The notes under the pieces were generated by a model, which worked only from the letters and a program-made list of their open reading frames with translations, did no database searches and was not told where the DNA came from. A stretch of 64,000 nucleotides of DNA from an uncultured Acidimicrobiia bacterium. GTDB lineage: Bacteria; Acidobacteriota; Terriglobia; Versatilivoradales; Versatilivoraceae. The DNA lies in contig CAWBAT010000004.1 of the NCBI GenBank assembly GCA_963786955.1, positions 648,495-712,494 of the forward strand. The letters are read 5' to 3'. Positions 49,309 through 57,153 of this stretch are shown in pieces. Position 1 is the stretch's first letter; the number at the start of each line of letters is the position of its first letter. The translations under genes were made by a program, and so were the position numbers.

Positions 49309-50631
49309 GTGAATATTCTTCTGATTTATCAACAGCTGACAACGCTGGCAGCTCTAAAAGAGTTTGCGCTTGCAGAAAATCACTCTCTTGTCTCTAGATC
49401 TAGCCTCGAAGAGGGTCTTGCCTCTCTTGAGAGCTCGAATGGAGATTTGGTAATCATTGAACTGGGAAGCCATTTAACGGCAATGAGGCAAACACTGCAG
49501 GAGAAATGGACCAATCGAAAGGCTCCCCCTACCTTTTTTCTCGGCCAGGGTGCGGATGAAGAGGTTTCGTTGGCTTGGGATCTTGGCGCGCAGTTCTTCC
49601 TGAATAGTCCAGTTCATCCCAAAATTCTCTCCATGGCGGTCAATTTAATTCGTGACAAGATCCAGTTGATGCAAACCATTTATCTTGCTGAAAAGGAAAA
49701 TACAAAAGTCCAGAAAGAACTGGATGGATCGGTGGTTCGTCAAAGAGAGGCGATTCTAGAGCGTGAGTTGACTTACCGGGAATTGCTGCTAGCCTACTCT
49801 CGATTGCAGGAACTCAATCAATTAAAGAATAACTTTCTGGCCAAAGCAACTCACGAGCTCAGAACCCCCGTAACAGTCATCAAAGGCTATCATCGCATCT
49901 TGCTAGACGCGCGATTGGGTGAACTTCTCCCCCAACAAAAAGAAGTTCTTTTGGAATCGGAACAAAGCTGCGCCAGGTTAATCCGAATCGTCAACTCACT
50001 TCTTGACTTTTCCCGAATAGAAGCTGGGAAGTTGGAACTTGTTTATCAGGAATATGACTTGGCATCGAATGCAAAGCTCGTCGCAAGTCAAATTAAAGAA
50101 ACGGCCAATAAGAAGGATCTGCTTTTGCGTGTAAGGATCAATAAGGATGTGCCCCAGCTAAATTGTGATCGAGAGAAAATCAATCAGGTTCTCACAAACC
50201 TGCTGGACAATGCGGTCAAGTTTACACCGACCGGCGGGCGCGTCTCCCTTTCTGCTTGGCCTCTCTCCTGGGATAAGGGGAATCTGCCAACTCGTCGCCC
50301 GAGTTCTGCTCATACGAGAAAAGAAGAGCATTCGACCAGTCAACCCAATGGGAGTTTGGCAAAAAACGCCGTTCTGATTGAAATCTGTGACACGGGTCCT
50401 GGTATTTCACCTCAACATCAAAGTGAGATTTTCGAAGAATTCACTCAGATTTCTTCTCAGTTGTTGCAGCGGTCGGGACTCGGTCTGGGCTTGGCCATAT
50501 CCAGGCGGATTATTGAAGCTCATGGAGGAACGATCTGGGTTGAAAGCGAAATTAATAAAGGCAGCCGTTTTGCGTTTGTGCTGCCGATGAGTCCTGGTGG
50601 GGCCATGGGAATGAAACCAGAAGTCAACTAG
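49309..50631 (+). CDS. Cytoplasmic sensor histidine kinase with an N-terminal pseudo-receiver domain
   Basis: 440 aa. H-box ATHELRTPVTVIKGYHRIL, N-box LLDNAVKFT, G-boxes DTGPGI / GLGLGLAI. The N-terminal REC-like fold carries E in place of the phospho-accepting Asp (DLVIIELG). Confidence 0.75.
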   Translation: MNILLIYQQLTTLAALKEFALAENHSLVSRSSLEEGLASLESSNGDLVIIELGSHLTAMRQTLQEKWTNRKAPPTFFLGQGADEEVSLAWDLGAQFFLNSPVHPKILSMAVNLIRDKIQLMQTIYLAEKENTKVQKELDGSVVRQREAILERELTYRELLLAYSRLQELNQLKNNFLAKATHELRTPVTVIKGYHRILLDARLGELLPQQKEVLLESEQSCARLIRIVNSLLDFSRIEAGKLELVYQEYDLASNAKLVASQIKETANKKDLLLRVRINKDVPQLNCDREKINQVLTNLLDNAVKFTPTGGRVSLSAWPLSWDKGNLPTRRPSSAHTRKEEHSTSQPNGSLAKNAVLIEICDTGPGISPQHQSEIFEEFTQISSQLLQRSGLGLGLAISRRIIEAHGGTIWVESEINKGSRFAFVLPMSPGGAMGMKPEVN

Positions 50632-50668
50632 TGGATCCATTCTGTGTTTTGAGTTTGGAAATGGTGTT

Positions 50669-52081
50669 ATGAACGAAATCACATCAATCTTAGTCGTCGA
50701 TGATGAAGAGGGAATCAGGAATTACCTAAGAACTCTCTTAAAGCTGAAGGGCTATGAAGTCACTACCGTCTCGAGCGGAAATGAAGCCATTGAATATTTT
50801 GGCGCGAATCCCCCGCCTTCGCTGATCCTAATGGACATTCTGATGCCCAATATCGATGGCATCGAAACGCTGAAGCGTTTGAGAAAATCGAACAAGGAAC
50901 TTCCTGTCATCATGTTGTCCTGCATTGGTGAAACCCGTACGATTGTCGAAGCGATGAGATCGGGTGCCACGGACTACCTCAACAAGCCCTTCGAGGAAGC
51001 CGAGTTGGAGATTGCGATTTTAAAAGCGTTAGATCGCAAGAAACTCGTCGAAGAAAACAAGATTCTGCGCGAGCAGAATGAGCAACTCACCGAGGAATAT
51101 CGCTTTATTGCTTCGAATCCTAAAATGGTCAGGATTCGTGAACTCATTACTCAAATCGCAGATACGGATGTCACCGTGTTTATCCAGGGAGAAAGCGGCG
51201 TGGGAAAAGAGATTGTGGCACGCGAAATCCATCGGGGATCTCCCAGACGGGATAAGCCGTTTGTCAAGGTCAACTGTGCTGCTCTCCCCTCGGAGTTGCT
51301 GGAAAGCGAGCTCTTTGGTTATGAACGGGGTGCTTTTACGGGGGCGTTTCGCCTCAAACAAGGGAAGTTCGAATTAGCCAATTACGGAACCTTGTTCTTG
51401 GATGAGATTGGAGACATGGCTCCAGTCCTTCAGGCCAAACTGCTCCATGTCTTGCAGGATAGCGAGTACTCAAGGCTCGGCGGGAAAAAGAACGTAGTCA
51501 TTGACGTGCGAATTCTGGCAGCCACTAACCAGAACCTGGAACAGGGCATGCAGGATGGCCGATTTCGTGAAGACCTCTATTATAGATTAAATGTCGTCAA
51601 CATCACAATCCCCCCTTTGCGTGAACGAAAGGAAGAAATCCCACTGCTTTGTGAACATTTCGTCCACAAACACCACCGGAAATATAACATCGGGGCTCAG
51701 CCCATAACCCAAAGCCTCATGGGATACATGCTGCAATACGATTGGCCCGGCAATATCCGCGAGCTTGAGAATGTCATGAAGCGGTTTGTTATCTTTGGAA
51801 ACGAGCAACAAATCATTGAAGAACTGGTCCAGAAATCTGAAGATCGAAGGAAGGTTGAAAAGGTTCCCCATGAAAAGCCAGGCGTTGAGACGGTTAATGA
51901 TGACGCCGTTGGAGGAATGAGCCTCAAAAATATGAGTCGGAGCCTTACCTCCACCGCCGAAAAAGAGGTAATCTTGAGAGCTTTGCAACAGACTCAATGG
52001 AACCGGAAACAAGCGGCAACCATGCTTAATGTGAGCTACAAAACGTTACTAAACAAAATCAGAAAATTGGACATCAAATGA
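50669..52081 (+). CDS. Sigma-54-dependent response regulator (NtrC family)
   Basis: 470 aa. REC domain (ILVVDDE...D at LILMDILMP), AAA+ sigma-54 activation domain (GESGVGKE, GAFTGA, ESELFGYERGAFTGA), C-terminal HTH. Confidence 0.85.
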   Translation: MNEITSILVVDDEEGIRNYLRTLLKLKGYEVTTVSSGNEAIEYFGANPPPSLILMDILMPNIDGIETLKRLRKSNKELPVIMLSCIGETRTIVEAMRSGATDYLNKPFEEAELEIAILKALDRKKLVEENKILREQNEQLTEEYRFIASNPKMVRIRELITQIADTDVTVFIQGESGVGKEIVAREIHRGSPRRDKPFVKVNCAALPSELLESELFGYERGAFTGAFRLKQGKFELANYGTLFLDEIGDMAPVLQAKLLHVLQDSEYSRLGGKKNVVIDVRILAATNQNLEQGMQDGRFREDLYYRLNVVNITIPPLRERKEEIPLLCEHFVHKHHRKYNIGAQPITQSLMGYMLQYDWPGNIRELENVMKRFVIFGNEQQIIEELVQKSEDRRKVEKVPHEKPGVETVNDDAVGGMSLKNMSRSLTSTAEKEVILRALQQTQWNRKQAATMLNVSYKTLLNKIRKLDIK

Positions 52082-52248
52082 GTCAGTCTTTCCGTTAATT
52101 TTTTCAGACGGATTTCCCCCCTGCATTACCACTTGCCAATCCCTGCTTCCTCTTTCCTCCCGAGTCAAATTGCCCCGGGAAAGAGCTCTCCGCTGACTTC
52201 CGAGGATCGCAAAGAGAAGCAAATCACTGTCCGCTAGAGAACGAGAGG

Positions 52249-52617
52249 TTACTTGAGGACCAGCTGCAGCAATGAGATCAAACTTGCGGCAGTGAATGGT
52301 TTCGGCAGAAAAAGCACACAACCCGAAGAAAAGCTTCTCTTGATCATGTCTGTCTCTTTGCTGGCCGTCACCATGATGACGGGGATATTCTTGAAAATTG
52401 GGTCATTCTTGACCACCTGGGCCAAAGCATTGCCGTCCATTTGAGGCATCAAAGCATCCGTGATGATCGCATCAAACTTGTCCTGCTTCAGGAGCTCCAC
52501 GGCGAGAGCCCCATTGAGGGCAGTGGAGACTTTAAATTCCTTTTGTGTCAAGATGGTCTTGACTAAGGTCAATATGTTTTGATCGTCGTCCACAACCAGA
52601 ATATGCTTCTGAGCCAT
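52249..52617 (-). CDS. Single-domain response regulator (CheY-like receiver)
   Basis: 122 aa. ILVVDDDQNI...DAIITDALMP...VIMVTAS...K. Confidence 0.75.
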   Translation of the reverse strand: MAQKHILVVDDDQNILTLVKTILTQKEFKVSTALNGALAVELLKQDKFDAIITDALMPQMDGNALAQVVKNDPIFKNIPVIMVTASKETDMIKRSFSSGCVLFLPKPFTAASLISLLQLVLK

Positions 52618-52872
52618 AAACCTTGAACCCTTCGGATTGCCGTTGGTACGAAATCGACCAACTCGTTTGGTGTCATTCTATGACGCGTTAAGGGAAAATC
52701 AAGTTAAACCTTTCGACCTCGTCGTCTTTTGGGGTGTAGCTGGTCGCTGCCGGCTGCGATGACTCCTATTTGAAAGAATGTGCATCGTGAGCGGGTTTCA
52801 CCTCGATCGCTGCCACGAGCATTCAGGAGGACTGTCCAGCCATTCCAGCGATATGGCATAGCACCAGTCTAT

Positions 52873-53373
52873 ATGGAGTATTCATTTTGTCCAAAATGCG
52901 GGGGCCCATTGGAATTGATCGTACTCAAACCTCTTGAGCCCGCACGAATGGTCTGTTCCCGCTGTAAGTTCGTTTTCTTTCAGGACCCCAAAATCGCCGC
53001 TTGCTGTATTGTAAAGATTGACCAAAAAATTGTTTTGCTCCGGCGGAGCATTCAGCCAGGCTACGGCAAGTGGGTTTTTCCCGGTGGTTACGTCGATCGC
53101 GGTGAAACGGTCACCGCTGCCGCGATTCGAGAGACCCGAGAGGAAATTAACCTCGAGGTGCAGCTGGAGTCTTTACTGGGAGTCTATTCCTACCCTCAAA
53201 GCCCCGTTATCATCGTTGTCTATGTCGCTCGAATGGAAGGTGGAAAGCTTCTCCCAGCCGATGAGACCCTTGAAGTTCGAACTTTCTCCCCTCACGAAAT
53301 CCCTTGGGAAGAGCTGGCCTTCCCAAGCACCAAGGAAGCTTTAAAAGACTTCTTTAAAAGCAATAGTTCCTAA
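52873..53373 (+). CDS. NUDIX hydrolase with an N-terminal zinc ribbon (NudC-like)
   Basis: Start at MEYSFCPKCGG...CSRCKF (Cx2C...Cx2C). Nudix box GGYVDRGETVTAAAIRETREEINL. Confidence 0.7.
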   Translation: MEYSFCPKCGGPLELIVLKPLEPARMVCSRCKFVFFQDPKIAACCIVKIDQKIVLLRRSIQPGYGKWVFPGGYVDRGETVTAAAIRETREEINLEVQLESLLGVYSYPQSPVIIVVYVARMEGGKLLPADETLEVRTFSPHEIPWEELAFPSTKEALKDFFKSNSS

Positions 53374-53438
53374 TAACTACTTTACCCGATTAGGATGCAA
53401 AGCGGACGATCAATCTTTAATGCGGGAGGCACAATGAA

Positions 53439-53831
53439 ATGGACCGGAATAACCCAGCTATTCGCGTCATCATGATGCCAAAAGATACGAACGCGCGGGG
53501 GACGATCTTCGGTGGGGTTATCCTTAGTTACATCGATCAGGCCGCCGCCGTTGCAGCATACAAACAGTCCAACAAGAATTTTGTCACCAAGGCGATGAAT
53601 ACTGTAGAGTTCGTCGCTCCGGTCCAACTGGGAGATGTCGTTAGTTTTTATGCCAGCATCGTGCGTTTCGGGACAACTTCCCTCACGGTGAAAGTGGATG
53701 TGGAAGCTGAACGGGCTCAGCCAAAAGGCCAGAAGCAACTTGTAAGAGTCACCGAGGCCGAGGTCGTCTGCGTCGCCGTCGACTCACAGGGTAGACCTAT
53801 CCCAATTCTAGATCGAACCCCACCAGCCTAG
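53439..53831 (+). CDS. Acyl-CoA thioesterase (hotdog fold, YciA-like)
   Basis: 130 aa. ...DTNARGTIFGGVILSYIDQAAAVAA... Confidence 0.75.
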   Translation: MDRNNPAIRVIMMPKDTNARGTIFGGVILSYIDQAAAVAAYKQSNKNFVTKAMNTVEFVAPVQLGDVVSFYASIVRFGTTSLTVKVDVEAERAQPKGQKQLVRVTEAEVVCVAVDSQGRPIPILDRTPPA

Positions 53832-53967
53832 ATTGGATTAGCCACGTGGAAAAGTGAACTCGGGAAAATTCAAATTAAAGAAATTTGGCCTAAAGTTTTG
53901 TCTGGATTCTATCGAAAAATAAGTTTGTCGGCGGAGAAAAGCTGACAAAGGATCGACAATTTATCGT

Positions 53968-54010
53968 CAATTAATTGACTATATAGCCAAATAATTGACT
54001 ATAAAGTTGG
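53968..54010 (+). promoter_or_regulatory. Direct repeats AATTGACTATA x2 (21-bp spacing) in the AT-rich leader upstream of the FliA-like sigma factor gene
   Basis: caattaATTGACTATAtagccaaatAATTGACTATAaag lies within a 520-bp AT-rich non-coding region (53840-54360). A further TTGACTAT copy sits at 55194 downstream of the gene. Confidence 0.3.
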
Positions 54011-54360
54011 TAAAGTTACAAATTCGTAATCCAATAAACCCGCCTTCCGTTCCCTCCACTCATTTTTCAGTAAGTTTTATCCCCTTACATTTCAACTCTT
54101 TAAACCTAATCTCACATTTTTAACTCATTTTTTTGATCGGACATTTTTACCTGGTCACACTTTTGCTTTAGTGAAGTCATCGTGTTTGGGATTTTGAATA
54201 AATAGAGGTCAGAAGCCAATGATCTTGTCCGGGGTAAGTCGACACAATGCATGTATAGCAGGAAATGACGACAAATCCAGAGAACGACTGATATCCCACT
54301 TCGCGAATCATCAGTTCTTGACCCCCTCTTTGCTTTATTTCAGGTCTTAGGAGAAAAACG

Positions 54361-55143
54361 ATGTTACAAACCCAGCCCCAGAAGAAAGCTGTAGTCCAAA
54401 ATCGAAGTAATTCTGCCAGCCAAAAGCGTGAAGACCTGATCCTGGAACACGTCCCCCTGATCAAGTACCACGCCTACCGATTAGCGAGTCAGTTGCCTCC
54501 AAACATTGAGATTAATGACCTAATCAACGCTGGGGTTTTGGGTTTGATGGATGCCATTGAAAAGTTTGAGCCGTCCCGCGGAGTCAAATTCAAGACCTAT
54601 GCAGAACTGCGCATCCGCGGAGCCATGATTGACAGCCTCCGAGAACTCGACTGGGCACCGAGGTCTTTAAGAAAGAAGAGTAAAGAGCTGTCGAAGGTAT
54701 CCCAAAAGCTGCAGCAGGAACTAGGCCGCGAAGTCAGCGACAATGAAATTTGCGCGGAAATGGGAATCGAACTTGAGGAGCTCTACAAGCTAGAAGACCA
54801 ACTAACTGGGTTAAGCATCGGAAGCTTCTATGATGCATCCCGCAGGTTTGGTGAAGAAGATAGCGACGCTGAAAGTTTGATTAATTATTACCCCGACGAC
54901 GCTGAAAAGGGTCCTCCACATGTTTTCGAAAAAGAAGAACTCAAGCAGATTCTAGCAGATGCGGTGGATTGCCTCAGTCGGAAGGAACGTTTGGTTGTTT
55001 CCCTATATTACTTCGAAGAATTAACAATGAAAGAAATTGGAGCGGTTTTAAGAGTTAATGAATCAAGAGTTTCACAACTGCACACCAAGGCAATGCTCCG
55101 ACTGAGAGGTAAATTAAAGAACTCTTCCTATCGGCCAAAATAA
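54361..55143 (+). CDS. fliA: RNA polymerase sigma factor, FliA/WhiG (sigma-28) family
   Basis: 260 aa. Region 2.x (LINAGVLGLMDAIEKFEP...KFKTYAELRIRGAM), region 3, and region 4.2 (LYYFEELTMKEIGAVLRVNESRVSQLHTKAM). Confidence 0.75.
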   Translation: MLQTQPQKKAVVQNRSNSASQKREDLILEHVPLIKYHAYRLASQLPPNIEINDLINAGVLGLMDAIEKFEPSRGVKFKTYAELRIRGAMIDSLRELDWAPRSLRKKSKELSKVSQKLQQELGREVSDNEICAEMGIELEELYKLEDQLTGLSIGSFYDASRRFGEEDSDAESLINYYPDDAEKGPPHVFEKEELKQILADAVDCLSRKERLVVSLYYFEELTMKEIGAVLRVNESRVSQLHTKAMLRLRGKLKNSSYRPK

Positions 55144-55446
55144 AACATCCTCGATAGAAACCAAGGAAATTAAAGCAGTCGCATTGTCAAAATTTTGACT
55201 ATTCATAAGTATTTGATTAATAAGAACAAAAAGAACAAAAAGACGTAGTAGAGCCCCAGGATTCCAATGATGATCAGGCCGACCACCTTTTCAAAGTTCC
55301 ATTTGATTTTTGGCTTTGTCATCTAAGATTGGGACGATCAAACAATCAACCTTTATTTCAACTCCACACGACAATAAGCGACGGGACTCGATAAAAGACA
55401 GGGTCAAAGGCTTTTCTGCGGAACTAACTCATGAAGAGCTGGTGAG

Positions 55447-55662
55447 TTACTCGGTTGGGTGTTCACTTCGAGGCAACTCGGTCATGAGAGCAGCGATGAT
55501 GTCGCGGGCTTCCAGCGCTCCCTTAATGACGAGTTTTATCCTCTCCTTTTCCTTGTCGCTGTCCAAGCTGAGTTGCATGAGTTCGGCATATGCAAGAACT
55601 TGGGCTACCTTGTTATTGAGTTGATGAAGTGAATCTCTCGTCTTGTTCAAGTCCAGTTTCAT
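55447..55662 (-). CDS. Free-standing DHp (HisKA-like) domain protein, 71 aa; putative phosphotransfer or regulatory component
   Basis: LHQLNNKVAQVLAYAELMQL matches the HisKA H-box consensus (H-E/D-L-R/N-N-P-L..I.GY.ELL). A second predicted helix follows. No ATPase domain. Lies 27 nt downstream of the sigma-54 regulator gene in the same orientation. Confidence 0.45.
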   Translation of the reverse strand: MKLDLNKTRDSLHQLNNKVAQVLAYAELMQLSLDSDKEKERIKLVIKGALEARDIIAALMTELPRSEHPTE

Positions 55663-55689
55663 TTGACCACCCTTAACACCGATAGAGTC

Positions 55690-57102
55690 TTAAGCAAAGT
55701 GTCCTTTTTCCGCCGCCGATTCATTGGTGAGATCAAAGCGTCTTAATTTCTCGATGAGGGTGGTCCTCTTCAGGTTAAGGAGCCTGGCAGCTTGATTTTT
55801 GTTCCCTCCAGTTTTTTCCAAGCTCTGCAGAATCAGTTCCTTTTCCAGCTTGGCAATCTTGCCATTTAGATCAATCCCTTCATCTGGAATGAAAATATCC
55901 GACAAGGAAAAATTCGTTTTGGAATCCTGGATCTCACTGGGCAAGTCTGATGACAAAACAATGTTGCGGGTTCCGAGGAGCGCAACGGCTCTTTCGATCG
56001 CATTTTCGAGTTGCCGGATATTTCCGGGCCAAGAGTAACTCATCAACAATTTCATTGCGTCTTGAGAAACTGATTTTGTTTCGACGTTTCCGCAGAATTT
56101 CTTAATGAAATGGCGCGCCAGCACCGGGATATCTTCTCGTCTTTCTCGAAGGGGTGGCAACTGGATACGAATGACATTCAACCGGTAATAAAGATCACTT
56201 CGAAACAGGTTCTGCTCCACCATTCCCTTTAGATCAGCGCTGGTGGCGGCAATGATCCGTACATCGACTCGAATCGTCTCCGTTCCCCCCACCCGTTCAA
56301 ATTCTCTCTCCTGAAGCACCCGAAGCAATTTCACCTGTAATGAGGGGCTCATGTTCCCGATTTCGTCGAGAAAGATTGTACCTTTATCCGCCTGTTCGAA
56401 TCTGCCGATCCGCGTTTGGTGTGCACCAGTAAAAGCACCTTTGGCATGACCGAACAGTTCGCTTTCCAGCAACGTCTCTGGGATCGCTCCACAATTGATA
56501 CTGACAATTTTCTGTTCCTTGCGTGGGCTGTTGAAATGAATTGCTTTGGCGATGAGTTCTTTGCCGGTTCCCGTTTCTCCTGCGATCAGGACAGTGCTGG
56601 CGGTCGCGGAAATCGTCTCGACGAGTTGGAAGATCTCCTGGATCCTTTTACTGTTCCCGACGATACTCTCGATCTTGTATTTTTCTTTGAGCTGAGTCTT
56701 CAGATAGGCATTCTCTTCTCTGAGCCGACGCTTTTCCAACGCTTGCCTCACAACATGGGAGATTTCCAGCAATTGGAAAGGTTTGGCAATATAATCGTAG
56801 GCGCCTTTCTTCATGACCTGAACGGCGCTTTCGACGGTTCCATAGCCAGTAATGATAATACAGATCAATTCCGGATAGAGAGTCAATGCGCCCTGCAAAA
56901 CGGCGGTCCCATCAATTCCCGGGAGCTTCATGTCGGTCAGAAGGATATCGAAGGGAAGGGTCTTGAGTAGCTCGAGAGCCTCTTCTCCATTGGATGAAGC
57001 CTGGACTTGGTATCCCTCTTCGGTGAGATAATCCATAATGGCATTTCGAAAATCCGTCTCATCGTCGACGATCAGTATGGACTCAGATTTTGTTTTTTCC
57101 AT
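55690..57102 (-). CDS. Sigma-54-dependent response regulator (NtrC family)
   Basis: 470 aa. REC (ILIVDDE...LLTDMKLPGIDG), AAA+ (GETGTGKE, GAFTGA), C-terminal Fis-type HTH. Confidence 0.85.
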   Translation of the reverse strand: MEKTKSESILIVDDETDFRNAIMDYLTEEGYQVQASSNGEEALELLKTLPFDILLTDMKLPGIDGTAVLQGALTLYPELICIIITGYGTVESAVQVMKKGAYDYIAKPFQLLEISHVVRQALEKRRLREENAYLKTQLKEKYKIESIVGNSKRIQEIFQLVETISATASTVLIAGETGTGKELIAKAIHFNSPRKEQKIVSINCGAIPETLLESELFGHAKGAFTGAHQTRIGRFEQADKGTIFLDEIGNMSPSLQVKLLRVLQEREFERVGGTETIRVDVRIIAATSADLKGMVEQNLFRSDLYYRLNVIRIQLPPLRERREDIPVLARHFIKKFCGNVETKSVSQDAMKLLMSYSWPGNIRQLENAIERAVALLGTRNIVLSSDLPSEIQDSKTNFSLSDIFIPDEGIDLNGKIAKLEKELILQSLEKTGGNKNQAARLLNLKRTTLIEKLRRFDLTNESAAEKGHFA

Positions 57103-57153
57103 TGTTGCATTCCCTACCGGCTTGAAGACCTTTTCTTTTCGGAATCCGTTGAA

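Noticed and set aside
54177-54464. 95-aa minus-strand ORF in the AT-rich leader of fliA
   Set aside because: AT-rich low-complexity sequence, overlaps the fliA start, and has no RBS.
55310-55624. 104-aa plus-strand ORF antisense to the small DHp-like gene
   Set aside because: The minus-strand reading has a clear H-box match and operon context; the plus-strand ORF is Ser-rich low complexity.
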